From: Candidatus Daviesbacteria bacterium
GTDB taxonomy: Bacteria > Patescibacteriota > Microgenomatia > Daviesbacterales > UBA10151
Assembly: GCA_016176335.1 (NCBI GenBank)
Contig: JACOXI010000003.1
Location: 6,920-70,919 of the forward strand
DNA length: 64,000 nt
Direction: 5' to 3'
A program made the position numbers and the translations under genes. Shown one piece after another: positions 54,580-64,000 of the stretch; the stretch's first letter is position 1, and the number at the start of each line of letters is the position of its first letter. The notes beneath the pieces were generated by a model. It saw nothing but the letters and a program-made list of their open reading frames with translations. It was not told the origin of the DNA and did no database searches.

Positions 54580-55464
54580 ATGGTTTATATTAAAAAGCTA
54601 GTCTTTGCCCCGCTTTTTCTTATTGTTTTTGCTTTTTTGATTTACCAGTCTGCACCTATTTTAAAATCTTATGAGGCCATATTTGCCCTTTCAACAACCG
54701 TCTTAATCAATTTAATCCTCATTTCAAGCTTAATTTGCCTTTCCAGCCTATCTTTTGTCATTTTCGCAACATTTGCCAATAACTGGAAATTTTCTTTGCC
54801 TATTGCCATATCAGCCTCATTCATGCCTATAATTTTGATAAATCAGCTTGCGGGGTTAATACTTTCTGTGGGATTTTTAGTAAGCTTTCTTATTACTCTT
54901 GTGATCCTGGACTCTTCTTTAAAAAAATATCTTGACTTTCAACCTGCATCTATTTTGGGGCCCCCCATAAAACAGTTGGCTGGACTCTTAATCATCTCCA
55001 TATCTTTGACCTATTTTGTCTCTGTCAACACCATCATCCAGCAACAAGGCTTTCAAATTCCTGATTCTCTGATTGATACTGCCTTAAAGTTTTCTGCTCC
55101 AACTACCCCTAATTCCCCCGACCTCCCACAGCTGTCCATCCCACCTGATCAATTAGAACTTTTAAAACAATCCGGATTGGATCCCAGTATTTTGGATAAT
55201 TTGAACTCCCCAAAAACCCAAAATACCCCAAACGACCTACTTAAACAAACAGTAAAAGACCAATTGCAAGGCTTGATAAAACCATATCAAGCTTTTGTAC
55301 CGGCAATTTTGGCAGTACTACTTTTCCTGACTCTCCAATCTCTAACCTCAATTCTCAATCTTCTCACTTATCCTCTGCTATGGCTCACTTTTTTTATTTT
55401 AGAAAAAAGTGGGTTTGTTAAATTTGTAACCGAACAAAGACCAGTTAAAAAACTGATGGTTTAA
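54580..55464 (+). CDS. Integral membrane protein, hypothetical
   Basis: It has multiple TM helices and a Pro/Gln-rich extracellular segment. Confidence 0.35.
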   Translation: MVYIKKLVFAPLFLIVFAFLIYQSAPILKSYEAIFALSTTVLINLILISSLICLSSLSFVIFATFANNWKFSLPIAISASFMPIILINQLAGLILSVGFLVSFLITLVILDSSLKKYLDFQPASILGPPIKQLAGLLIISISLTYFVSVNTIIQQQGFQIPDSLIDTALKFSAPTTPNSPDLPQLSIPPDQLELLKQSGLDPSILDNLNSPKTQNTPNDLLKQTVKDQLQGLIKPYQAFVPAILAVLLFLTLQSLTSILNLLTYPLLWLTFFILEKSGFVKFVTEQRPVKKLMV

Positions 55465-55469
55465 AGCTA

Positions 55470-56525
55470 CTAGTTACCTGTTAAGGTAAAATCACTTCTT
55501 GCAAACTGTGGTATTTTTGGTTGAATTCTCATTAGGTAATTTAATCTCCATCTATTACATAAAGTGTCAGCAAAATAATTTGTATGGCCTGGGTTAGGCT
55601 GTAAAACAGCTAGATTCTGAAAGGCTGAAAATATTTGACCCATATCTGGGACAAATGGATAATCCGTAGGAGCATCTTTCTTATACTGAAAATAATATTT
55701 AACTCGTTCCTCCCACATACTCCACCCAATAGGACGCCAGAGCCAGTCAGCTATATTTGATAGATAAATAACATTATTAGAATCTTTTAGTCCAGGCAGT
55801 CTACTAATGATTTCTAACAATGCAGGATCGAGAAAATCCTGTTGGACTACTGCAATATTGCCTTCTTGAGCCAACTTAACTAGCATATCGTGATATTTAT
55901 CCATAACTAATTCTGTGTCTACTTGTCTTTCTCCATTTCCATAAGCGCATTCGTAGTATTTACTAATTTTTTCACCTGAATACAACCTAGCTATCATCCC
56001 AACAGATCTACCGTATGAATCGAACGTTACTGATGAACCGCTCTTAACTACCTCTACAAAGTTTCTGGCATTTTTAACAGCTTCGGGGTCTGTATTTACC
56101 AATACAATCCCTTTCGGAGGAGAATCTTTTGGGAAAGTATCTAGAAGGGAGAAGATGTTTGACACCCCAACTCCTATTAAATAACCATTGGGAGGTAAAT
56201 CTGAAAGCATAACTGTTTCTAGTGTTCTGGGATCAATTCGTTCATTAGTGCTTGTAAACCCACTTGCTCCTTGTGACTCAAATTCCGGAGGCTTTAACCC
56301 CTTTCTGGCAATCTCTTCATCTATAAACTCTGCTATTCCAGACTGCTTAGGATATTCTTGCTCAGCAGATTGATCAGCAAGTGTTATTTTCTCTTCAGAG
56401 TGAGCTACTGTAGCCCTTTTTCTAAATTTATCTCTTATTCCTTCTAGAAAGTTCCTAAATCTTTGAGGTCTGTAGTTTGGTATTTGAGAAGCAGAACTAA
56501 TACCTTTACCAGCGGATGACTCCAT
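55470..56525 (-). CDS. Hypothetical protein
   Basis: It is 351 aa with no motifs recognised. Confidence 0.3.
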   Translation of the reverse strand: MESSAGKGISSASQIPNYRPQRFRNFLEGIRDKFRKRATVAHSEEKITLADQSAEQEYPKQSGIAEFIDEEIARKGLKPPEFESQGASGFTSTNERIDPRTLETVMLSDLPPNGYLIGVGVSNIFSLLDTFPKDSPPKGIVLVNTDPEAVKNARNFVEVVKSGSSVTFDSYGRSVGMIARLYSGEKISKYYECAYGNGERQVDTELVMDKYHDMLVKLAQEGNIAVVQQDFLDPALLEIISRLPGLKDSNNVIYLSNIADWLWRPIGWSMWEERVKYYFQYKKDAPTDYPFVPDMGQIFSAFQNLAVLQPNPGHTNYFADTLCNRWRLNYLMRIQPKIPQFARSDFTLTGN

Positions 56526-56532
56526 AACTAAA

Positions 56533-58830
56533 TCATAACACTAATAACTTCATCTCTCCCCAATTGGGGCCTACTTTTAGATCCACCACTACTGGTACAG
56601 ATAATTTTAGGGCATTTTCCATTTTATCTTTGACCATTTGGGCAATTTCTTTAACGCTCTTGGGGTCACACTCAAACAACAATTCATCATGAACCTGGAG
56701 GATGAGTCGGCAGCTATCAGATCGTTCGCTGCGCTCACTGTCAGCTTTCAGACTGTCTGACGACTGATGACTGATGACTGATAACTCCTTATCAATTTCC
56801 ACCATGGCCTTTTTGATCATATCTGCTGCTGTTCCTTGAACCGGATGATTGATGGCTGCTCTCTCACCAGCTGCTTTGATGGCGTGATTTGAGGCTGTAA
56901 GTTCAGGGATATATCTTTTCCTGCCCCAAAGAGTTTCAACATACCCCCTTTCATATCCAAAGGCTAAAGTCTTTTGCATCCACTGGGAAACTTTGGGGAA
57001 TTGTGCAAAATATTCCGCAATATATGTTCGCGCCACCTCATATTCCACCCCTAACTGACGGGACAAGGCATGGGGGCCCTGACCATATAACGTTGCAAAG
57101 TTCATGGTTTTACCTACATTTCTTTGCTGTTTTGTAATTTTATCAATTGGCATTTTGAAAATTTTACTGGCAGTTGCTACATGAATGTCTAATCCTTCTC
57201 TGAAGGACTTTCTTAATCCCGGATCATCTGCCAAATGAGCCATAATCCTAAGCTCGATTTGTGAATAATCAGCTGCCAAAAGTACCTTGCCTTTGGGAGC
57301 AATGAAGGCGCGTCTTATTTCTCCACCCTCCTCACCTTTAATTGGGATATTTTGCATGTTTGGGTTTTGAGAAGACAGCCTGCCTGTGGCAGCTCCTTCC
57401 ACATTAAAAGTGGAGTGAATCCTGCCATCTAATCCTACAGATTTAGGCAAGGCATCTATGTAGGTTGATACCAGTTTGAAAAGCTGGCGATACTCTAAAA
57501 GTAATGGCACTACAGGATGAGCTGCTACCAACTCATGAAGGGTGGCCTCATCTGTTGATCTACCAGTTTTGGTCTTTCTCACCACTGGTAATTTAAGTTC
57601 GTCAAACAGAATCTGCGACAGTTGCTTTGGGCTGTTCGGATTAAACTCATGTCCTATTTTTGAGTAAATTTCTTTTTCTAATTTAATTAATCTACCTTTT
57701 AAGGCTTTCCCAAGTCTCTCTAAAAACCTTAAATCTATTAGTACACCAGTTTTGGACATCCTTTCTAAAACTGGCTGTACAGCTAAATCCAAATCCGTGG
57801 TATTTATGGAGTTAGCGAAGTCAGAGGTAGCCAAAAAATGTGGCGCAGTTGAGCGCACATCCTTATCCATGCTTGAATTACCTACTTGGCGCGAAACAAG
57901 TCCCAAGCGAGCGACCTGGTCGCGCGAGCGGTTTTTTGCATCCTGACGAGCTACTCCCACACCTGGAATCCTACCAATCAAACTTTTAAACTCCAATTCT
58001 TCAAACAATTTAACTACTTTTTCTTTATCAAAATCATGAACCTCACACTTCTTCAAATCTAACTTAATTGGGGCTTTGCCATCTAAGGTGGCTAGTTTTT
58101 TACTCATTACAGCATCTTCTGCACCTTCTGCCAACAGCTTTTGCATTCTTTGCGGTAAAGTTTTTAAATTCTTGGGACGGTAAATTTCTTCAATCGTGCC
58201 AAACTGGTGTATTAATTTTGTCGCAGATACATCCCCTATTCCAGAAACTCCCGGGATATTATCCGATGCATCTCCTGCCAGCGCCTTATAATCAACCAAA
58301 AGTTTGGGTGCAAATCCATATCTTGCCACAAACTCTTCCTCCCCATACAGCCCCACATCCGCAAGGGTTTTTTTAGGCATAAAAACTTTCACTTTTCCAT
58401 TAATCAGCTGCATGATATCCCGATCACCTGTCACAATAATAATTTCTAATTTCAAATTTTTAATTTTTAATGCTTGGCTTGCCAGTGTGGCAATCAGATC
58501 ATCTGCCTCATAACCTGATAAGCTAAATTGCGGCATGTTAAATGCCCTGATGACCTCATGCACTCTGTGATATTGATTACCCAATGCCTGATCCAGCTCA
58601 CGTCTTGTGGCTTTATATTGAGTATAAGCTTGATGTCTAAATGTCGGCCCCCTTTCATCCCAGGCAACGGCCAGAAATGTAGGTTTAAGCTCATTTAAAA
58701 CCTTCAGCATCATTGAGGAAAATCCATATACAGCATTGACCAGTTCTCCTTGGGAAGTAGTAAAAGGAGGAGTAGCATGATAAGCCCGATGCAGCAAAGC
58801 ATTACCATCAACTAAAACCAGTCGTTTCAT
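56533..58830 (-). CDS. polA: DNA polymerase I (5'-3' exonuclease + polymerase domains; no evident 3'-5' exonuclease domain); carries two in-frame repeat inserts
   Basis: The N-terminal 5' nuclease is 'MKRLVLVDGNALLHRAYHA'. The Pol A motifs 'DYSQIELRI' and 'QVHDELLFE' are present. Inserts lie at 57806-57960 (the 145-bp element) and 56706-56785. Confidence 0.9.
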   Translation of the reverse strand: MKRLVLVDGNALLHRAYHATPPFTTSQGELVNAVYGFSSMMLKVLNELKPTFLAVAWDERGPTFRHQAYTQYKATRRELDQALGNQYHRVHEVIRAFNMPQFSLSGYEADDLIATLASQALKIKNLKLEIIIVTGDRDIMQLINGKVKVFMPKKTLADVGLYGEEEFVARYGFAPKLLVDYKALAGDASDNIPGVSGIGDVSATKLIHQFGTIEEIYRPKNLKTLPQRMQKLLAEGAEDAVMSKKLATLDGKAPIKLDLKKCEVHDFDKEKVVKLFEELEFKSLIGRIPGVGVARQDAKNRSRDQVARLGLVSRQVGNSSMDKDVRSTAPHFLATSDFANSINTTDLDLAVQPVLERMSKTGVLIDLRFLERLGKALKGRLIKLEKEIYSKIGHEFNPNSPKQLSQILFDELKLPVVRKTKTGRSTDEATLHELVAAHPVVPLLLEYRQLFKLVSTYIDALPKSVGLDGRIHSTFNVEGAATGRLSSQNPNMQNIPIKGEEGGEIRRAFIAPKGKVLLAADYSQIELRIMAHLADDPGLRKSFREGLDIHVATASKIFKMPIDKITKQQRNVGKTMNFATLYGQGPHALSRQLGVEYEVARTYIAEYFAQFPKVSQWMQKTLAFGYERGYVETLWGRKRYIPELTASNHAIKAAGERAAINHPVQGTAADMIKKAMVEIDKELSVISHQSSDSLKADSERSERSDSCRLILQVHDELLFECDPKSVKEIAQMVKDKMENALKLSVPVVVDLKVGPNWGEMKLLVL
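56706..56785 (+). repeat. Palindromic CAGCTATCAG/GACTGA element (copy C) in-frame inside polA
   Basis: The sequence is 'cagctatcag...ctgtcagctttcagactgtctgacgactgatgactgatgactga'. It encodes 'SVISHQSSDSLKADSERSERSDS'. Confidence 0.7.
57806..57960 (+). repeat. ~145-bp dispersed repeat element, copy 3, in-frame inside polA (antisense to the gene)
   Basis: It aligns over its full length with the 13234..13383 and 26611..26759 copies. It is translated as 'ARQDAKNRSRDQVARLGLVSRQVGNSSMDKDVRSTAPHFLATSDFANSINT'. Confidence 0.8.
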
Positions 58831-58899
58831 ACCCGCATTTTAGCAGAAATTAAACAAAATATTTTACAGCCGGGGAATATGCTAAACTAACTTCATCGG

Positions 58900-59733
58900 A
58901 TGAACGGCAAATATTTCACCAGTTTTGACGGGACTAAAATTTATTATCATAAAAAGGAGAAAGATGAAGGTAAATGGTTAATATTTTTGCATGGGTTTGG
59001 CGGTGACCTGACAGCCTGGCAGAAAGAAAGAGATTATTTTGCCAAACTGGGCATATCCACCATTGCTATGGATTTAAGAGGCCATGGTTTGTCTGAGCGA
59101 AGTGACAGAAAACAGTTCTATAATTTGGAAAATTTTGCCAAAGATTTAGAGATGCTTTTGCAGCAGGAAGAAATCAAAAATTATGTAACTGTCGGCCACT
59201 GTTTTGGCGGCATGGTGGCTATTTTTTTCCAGGCTAAGTTACCTAATCAATCAAAGGGGTTGATTTTAATTGATACCAGTTATAAACCCCCCTTTATCGG
59301 TAACAGTCCCGTTTCGAAAATCTTACTCAGGTATATTTTTGATCTGTTTTCCCGCCTGCCTAATTTGCAGACCAAAGGACATGCTGATTTTAATCAATTT
59401 GTCGGTACCTCTGATTTGGATATCACAAGAATTTTGTCTGATATGCTGCATACTTCTTTAAAAAGCTACCTGACAATTTGTCAAACCCTGGCAGGACTGG
59501 ATGCTGAAAAACTGCTTGATCAAATTTCCGTGCCTACTTTGGTTGTGCAGGGCACAAAAGATACTATTTTCCCACCTGATGTTGCAAAGTATCTTCACAA
59601 AAGGATTAAAAAATCCGAACTTGATTTAATAGAAGGAGCAAATCATATTATTGTGATCAATAACCCAAAAGAGCTTGAAGCAAGCCTAGAAAAATTCCTC
59701 AAAAAGATCAATTTCCTCGGCAAAAATTTTTGA
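58900..59733 (+). CDS. Alpha/beta-fold hydrolase
   Basis: 'FLHGFGGDLTAWQ' and the nucleophile elbow 'VGHCFGGMVA' match. Confidence 0.75.
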   Translation: MNGKYFTSFDGTKIYYHKKEKDEGKWLIFLHGFGGDLTAWQKERDYFAKLGISTIAMDLRGHGLSERSDRKQFYNLENFAKDLEMLLQQEEIKNYVTVGHCFGGMVAIFFQAKLPNQSKGLILIDTSYKPPFIGNSPVSKILLRYIFDLFSRLPNLQTKGHADFNQFVGTSDLDITRILSDMLHTSLKSYLTICQTLAGLDAEKLLDQISVPTLVVQGTKDTIFPPDVAKYLHKRIKKSELDLIEGANHIIVINNPKELEASLEKFLKKINFLGKNF

Positions 59734-60894
59734 TTAAGCAGCTTGTTTTTGGAAAACCTGGCTAATAACTTTTTGAGGTTCAATTAAAACAGTTGAATGA
59801 AATCCATTTGGATCATCAATAACTTCCATTTGGGGGTTTACCTGTCTCAATCTTGCTTCTAATTCTTTATCACCTCTAAAAAGCTCGTAACTTCTGGTCA
59901 GGTTATCCTTCTGTCCTGAGTAAACAATGATACGCCCGCCTTCTCTCACTCTGACATTCTGCCATACTTGATACAAAGTACAAACTTTTTCCAGCATAAT
60001 TCTTGTTAAATTAGCCTTTAGATCGTTTTGCTCCATTTGACCTCTATTACTAAGCGTATATTTAGGCAGATTACGCGACAGTAAATTTCTAAGCTCATTA
60101 AGGATACCCAGATTTAAAGAATGTTCTGAAATATTTGCACTGGAAGCAGGATTTAAAAGTACAGCCCTCTCTACCCTTGCTCGATTCTTTGGATCGTTTA
60201 GAAATTCTGCAATAATTACAGCTCCTATTGAATGCCCCCATAACTCTACTTGATTATTTTCTCCTACTAAGGCATTAATCGCACCTTTAAAAAACTTCGT
60301 ATGAGGCCCAAATCCGGGAGTCTGGGAAACTGCTTCAGCAAATTCAGGCGTAATCCTGCCCATAATTGATTCAGGCATACCTACCACAATTACTTTTCTT
60401 CCCATATAGGCAATCTCCTGAGCTAAGGCGCCTACACAATCAATATCATTAGATAGACCAGGGATTAAAAAAATGGGAGGATTACTATACAGTACAGTAT
60501 TGGGAGTTTTTCTGGATTCAGGAGAAATCATTATTGTATATCTGGCAGACTGTTCTCCTAAGCCCGGAATATTTACTTTAACTTCTCCTTGAGTAAGATA
60601 CTGTTCGGCTATTTCATCCCGTGCATGAGCTTCCAATAAAATACTTATCCTAGCTTCCTTATCAGCTTTTGAAGTTGATTTAAACTCTTTCAACAGTTGT
60701 GCTCTGGTTGTCCTTATTGATAAAAATCGTTCTGATTGTACTTCTGACCTGTTAACTCCTTTAACGGTGGATCGATGAGTGACAAGCCTAAGCGCATACA
60801 GTAGTTTTTCCAAATTTGCAACTAGATTTTTTTCCGGTACAACCTTTTCTTGAATTGGAGGTGTTCTAATCACACCTGATTCAGCATTCCCCAT
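59734..60894 (-). CDS. Alpha/beta-hydrolase-like protein (lipase/esterase GHSxG motif)
   Basis: 'LWGHSIGAVIIAEF' is the motif. The rest is uncharacterised. Confidence 0.45.
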   Translation of the reverse strand: MGNAESGVIRTPPIQEKVVPEKNLVANLEKLLYALRLVTHRSTVKGVNRSEVQSERFLSIRTTRAQLLKEFKSTSKADKEARISILLEAHARDEIAEQYLTQGEVKVNIPGLGEQSARYTIMISPESRKTPNTVLYSNPPIFLIPGLSNDIDCVGALAQEIAYMGRKVIVVGMPESIMGRITPEFAEAVSQTPGFGPHTKFFKGAINALVGENNQVELWGHSIGAVIIAEFLNDPKNRARVERAVLLNPASSANISEHSLNLGILNELRNLLSRNLPKYTLSNRGQMEQNDLKANLTRIMLEKVCTLYQVWQNVRVREGGRIIVYSGQKDNLTRSYELFRGDKELEARLRQVNPQMEVIDDPNGFHSTVLIEPQKVISQVFQKQAA

Positions 60895-60918
60895 ACCCTA
60901 TCATGATATCATACTGAT

Positions 60919-61983
60919 TTACTTAAATACTTTTTTGGCATAATCTAGATACTGGGGATGACCCATTTTTTCCATAAAGTACCACCACTCAACTCCCCAA
61001 ATATAGGCTGTATCAAAGCCTGTTTTTTGGGCATAGGTGATATTTTTCCTAAATTCATCTACAGAGAAAAGTGAAAGTTGTTGAGCAATAGGCATATTTT
61101 TGAAATCATTGTTGGGGGACCAAGGCTCGGCTTGAAGTTCTGTAATGATGGTTTTTTGATTATTTTTGGCAAATATGGCCCGCACAATGGTTGATTTTAG
61201 ACTGTAGAAATATGGCGGGAGTGGATAGGTCACATATCCAAATGTTTTATCATAGACTTTACGATAAAGAGTGGTTCCGAAAATATCTGAAAGCTCCATA
61301 GGGGTAATCCAAAATCCCAATTCCCCTGAATCAGTCACAATAATTGATTTGCTATTTAGTTTACGGACCAGTTCCACCTCGGCTCTCAAGAAATCTTTAT
61401 CCGGAGGATCACAACCCTCACCAAAGGAAGCAAGCAGAGGCTCATTCTCCACCTGCCAGGCCCAAACAGCAGGATTATTTTGATACCTTTCAACAACTTT
61501 GGTGATAAATTGTAAAGTTTTTTCTTGTCTGTCTTTGACGCTCAACTTTTTGACCCAATCAGGTATGTGACACTCTGGCCAGCGTGGCTGGCGAGCCCCT
61601 AAAACCAAAATAACCTTAGCTTGTCTTCTGCCTGCTTCCGCAAGCATAAAATCAACCCCAGAATAGTCATCATTGCTCTCGTCTGCTTGTAAAACATCCC
61701 AGTAAGCAGGCAGCCTTAAATTTTTAACTTTGAGGTCATCTAAGATCTTAGGATAAATCTCCTGCCAATCCAGCTTTAAATCATTGGCAGACTTTGGGGA
61801 AAAAGTCACACCGTATTTTATCTTTGAAGGATATGGATATGCAACTTTAAAGATGGAATCTGCCAGAAAAATTAATGCCAGAAAGGCTACTAAAATTATT
61901 AAAATAACCTTCATACAACCATGATACCTTAAATTATCTTGGATTACCCATAAAAACAGGTTCTCTTTTGAGTTTATAGCCAT
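60919..61983 (-). CDS. Membrane-anchored TIM-barrel glycoside hydrolase-like protein
   Basis: It has an N-terminal TM helix. 'WQVENEP' is a catalytic-acid motif typical of GH5-like clan A hydrolases. Confidence 0.4.
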   Translation of the reverse strand: MAINSKENLFLWVIQDNLRYHGCMKVILIILVAFLALIFLADSIFKVAYPYPSKIKYGVTFSPKSANDLKLDWQEIYPKILDDLKVKNLRLPAYWDVLQADESNDDYSGVDFMLAEAGRRQAKVILVLGARQPRWPECHIPDWVKKLSVKDRQEKTLQFITKVVERYQNNPAVWAWQVENEPLLASFGEGCDPPDKDFLRAEVELVRKLNSKSIIVTDSGELGFWITPMELSDIFGTTLYRKVYDKTFGYVTYPLPPYFYSLKSTIVRAIFAKNNQKTIITELQAEPWSPNNDFKNMPIAQQLSLFSVDEFRKNITYAQKTGFDTAYIWGVEWWYFMEKMGHPQYLDYAKKVFK

Positions 61984-62653
61984 AAATAAATGTTTTTATA
62001 TAGGCAAGTATGCCGCTTAAGAGTCCTTGTTTAAATCTTCTGCCGGAAAAAATAACCGGTTTGTTGATGAATTTAATTCTGCCAAATTTTTTAACTCTTT
62101 GGGCTAAATCTGTATCCTCAAGTGCTTGAAGGTTTGGACTAAAACCACCAGATTTAATATAGACATCCTTTTTAATGGCAAAACTAAATCCGGCCAGCCA
62201 GTAATGGCCGAAGAATACTTTGTAAAGATAGGTTGCTGTGGGCTGTACAGAGTTAAATATGGCATCATTTATTGCACCCAAATCCAAAGTCTTACATGAA
62301 GTGGTGGTGGCAATTATCTCTCCATTAGCCAGTCCGCCTACCAAAGTATCTATCCATTCTGGATAAACTATGGCATCAGCATCAGTTGATAAAATTATTT
62401 CTCCTTTTGCTTCTTTAAATCCCCTGTACCTAGCTGCTCCCCTGCTCTGTTTTTTTTCATTTACCACCTTCAGATTAAATTTGTCTTTAAACTTTTCTGC
62501 TATTTGAACTGTAGTATCAGTTGAGTTGTTATCCACCACAATCACCTCATAATTTAGACTGGTCCTCTGTTCTACCAAAGACTTGAGACAATTCTCAATA
62601 TATTTCTCTTCATTGTAAGCAGGAATTACAATTGAAACATCTACTTTGCTCAT
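61934..62653 (-). CDS. Glycosyltransferase family 2
   Basis: 'VSIVIPAYNEEKYIENCLKSL' opens the protein. The 'DADAIV' DxD motif is present. Confidence 0.8.
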   Translation of the reverse strand: MSKVDVSIVIPAYNEEKYIENCLKSLVEQRTSLNYEVIVVDNNSTDTTVQIAEKFKDKFNLKVVNEKKQSRGAARYRGFKEAKGEIILSTDADAIVYPEWIDTLVGGLANGEIIATTTSCKTLDLGAINDAIFNSVQPTATYLYKVFFGHYWLAGFSFAIKKDVYIKSGGFSPNLQALEDTDLAQRVKKFGRIKFINKPVIFSGRRFKQGLLSGILAYIKTFIYGYKLKREPVFMGNPR

Positions 62654-62734
62654 ACTTATGAGTATTCTAACAGGATTTTGACAAAAACATAAATTTTGAC
62701 AATTCTTTTGTGCTTCTATATTATTTAATTTAAG

Positions 62735-63460
62735 ATGAATTTACCTATAAGCATCATCGTCCCTACTTTTAATGAGGGACTCTACCTTCCTAAACTACTG
62801 CAATCTTTACAAAATCAGACCAAAAAACCGACCCAAACTATAGTGGCCGATGCCTTCTCGCTTGATAATACCAGGCAAATTGCTAAATCTTTCGGTTGTA
62901 TGGTGGTAGATGGCGGATTACCCTCTGTTGCCAGAAACCGCGGAGTAAAATTTGCCACACAGCCAATCCTGCTTTTTTTGGATGCGGATGTAGACTTACC
63001 GCCCTATTTTTTAGAGCGGACTTTTACTGAAATGGTGACCAGAAACTTGGATATTGCCTCATGCTTCATCATTCCCAAATCTTCGCTGCGTGTTGATCAC
63101 CTTCTGCACTTGTTCGCCAACCATTACATGAAACTGACGCAAAGGTTCCACCCTCACGTCCCCGGATGTTGCATATTCGTTAAAAAAGATGTCCATCAAG
63201 CCATCGGAGGCTTTGATGAATCACTAATTCTTTCTGAAGATCATGACTACGTCAGACGCGCCAAAAAAGTGGGCAGGTTTGATTACCTAAAATCATACAA
63301 GATACCAGTTTCCGTCAGAAGATTATCAGCAGAAGGTCGGATCAAAATTGCACTCAAATATATTGCAATTGAGCTGCATCTAATTTTTATCGGTAACATC
63401 AGAAGAAATATTTTCAAATACCGTTTTGGGCACTACTACAAACTTTTCAAAGACGCATAG
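62735..63460 (+). CDS. Glycosyltransferase family 2
   Basis: 'ISIIVPTFNEGLYLPKLLQSL' opens the protein. The 'LDADVDL' DxD motif is present. Confidence 0.8.
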   Translation: MNLPISIIVPTFNEGLYLPKLLQSLQNQTKKPTQTIVADAFSLDNTRQIAKSFGCMVVDGGLPSVARNRGVKFATQPILLFLDADVDLPPYFLERTFTEMVTRNLDIASCFIIPKSSLRVDHLLHLFANHYMKLTQRFHPHVPGCCIFVKKDVHQAIGGFDESLILSEDHDYVRRAKKVGRFDYLKSYKIPVSVRRLSAEGRIKIALKYIAIELHLIFIGNIRRNIFKYRFGHYYKLFKDA

Positions 63461-63996
63461 CATTTTTGGGCGCGGCTAGTTAAAACTAGTTTCTCTACGT
63501 CATTTAAGGCAGAAGAGGTTGCTTCTTTGGCAAAAAAATCACAAACCGGCGCTCTTGCATCGCTTGGGATATCTTGCCTATCCGTCAGTCTGTTGAGGAC
63601 GTTTCTTACGGCCATTTTAGCTCTGGGGTTGGAAATTTGAGGGTAAACTTTTTCCAGAGTTTGAATATGAATCACCAAATTATTACTGATTTCTTTGGCA
63701 AAAAAACTCGCAGTTTTCAAATCTTTGGGAACCGGCAATGATGCTACAAGCACCCAATACCGATCCAGTGTTGGTTCTATCAAATCTTGTCTGTTTCCCG
63801 GGATAAGGCTTTTTACCTCCCGCAGCCTTCTTGTGGCAAATTCCAAGCTTCTGATGAGTTTAATGTTTGTGGTTTGGGCAAAGTGCATCTCCAAAGATTC
63901 CCTAACAGCTTTCAGAAAGTATAACGGCGAAGCAGGGTTAATTTGTGACTGACCAATATCATTCTCATAAGCTAAAGCGCTGTTACAACTTGCCAA
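63436..63996 (-). CDS. Hypothetical protein (start close to window end)
   Basis: It is 186 aa with no motifs. Confidence 0.25.
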   Translation of the reverse strand: MASCNSALAYENDIGQSQINPASPLYFLKAVRESLEMHFAQTTNIKLIRSLEFATRRLREVKSLIPGNRQDLIEPTLDRYWVLVASLPVPKDLKTASFFAKEISNNLVIHIQTLEKVYPQISNPRAKMAVRNVLNRLTDRQDIPSDARAPVCDFFAKEATSSALNDVEKLVLTSRAQKCYASLKSL

Positions 63997-64000
63997 AAAA

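Noticed and set aside
1-64000. A search for tRNA, rRNA and CRISPR arrays
   Set aside because: No T-loop consensus (GGTTCGAATCC-like) was seen in intergenic regions. No regularly spaced direct repeats typical of CRISPR were seen. The only repeats are the dispersed families described.

Overview
This is a visibly AT-rich bacterial chromosomal window whose gene content and style resemble a small Candidate-Phyla-Radiation (Patescibacteria)-like genome: compact operons, many archaeal-type enzymes, and four-helix-bundle proteins. I did not measure GC content; the CPR assignment is inference from gene content.

Recognisable genes:
- **1.8-8.1 kb:** a cluster of secreted and surface proteins. It contains a Tat-signal zinc metalloprotease, an Ig-like Thr-rich surface protein, a Cys-rich repeat protein, and a large type-IV-pilin-like protein.
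- **8.1-9.8 kb:** isoprenoid genes uppS and a polyprenyl synthase.
- **12.0-20.2 kb:** a complete archaeal-type mevalonate pathway operon (HMG-CoA reductase, archaeal HMG-CoA synthase, archaeal thiolase, DUF35 protein, two GHMP kinases, diphosphomevalonate decarboxylase, IPP isomerase).
- **20-24 kb:** a thiol-disulfide module (ZIP transporter, rhodanese, two DsbA-like proteins, DUF3105, CcdA).
- **24-31 kb:** pth, two tandem inositol-monophosphatase paralogs, a phosphoribosyltransferase, a PHP-domain endonuclease-Q-like protein and an ATP-dependent DNA ligase.
- **31.7-32.4 kb:** a BrnT/BrnA toxin-antitoxin cassette bounded by 46-bp direct repeats, next to a Fic gene.
- **33.5-42.3 kb:** carB-carA-pyrB-argF-argG-argH.
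- **42.9-64 kb:** recF, an MFS transporter, fpg, an EamA transporter, an ABC-2 exporter pair, class I aldolase, glpX, glycosyltransferases, polA and alpha/beta hydrolases.

The most unusual signal is that this genome is riddled with short dispersed repeat elements that sit in-frame inside conserved housekeeping genes (polA, fpg, endoQ-like, ligase, carB, ispA, pth, aldolase, glpX, a GT4 glycosyltransferase). This resembles Rickettsia palindromic elements. There are at least five sequence families:
- A ~145-bp element present in three copies: two fill intergenic gaps exactly and one is inserted in-frame inside polA.
- A palindromic CAGCTATCAG / GACTGA element.
- Several GC-rich motifs, the same DNA motif appearing in different genes.

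Other findings include a candidate ~190-nt sRNA with a perfect TTGACA-N17-TATAAT promoter and an intrinsic terminator upstream of argH, a GC-rich antisense insert inside the mevalonate operon, and a frameshifted DHH phosphoesterase lacking its DHH motif. No rRNA, tRNA or CRISPR array was recognised.
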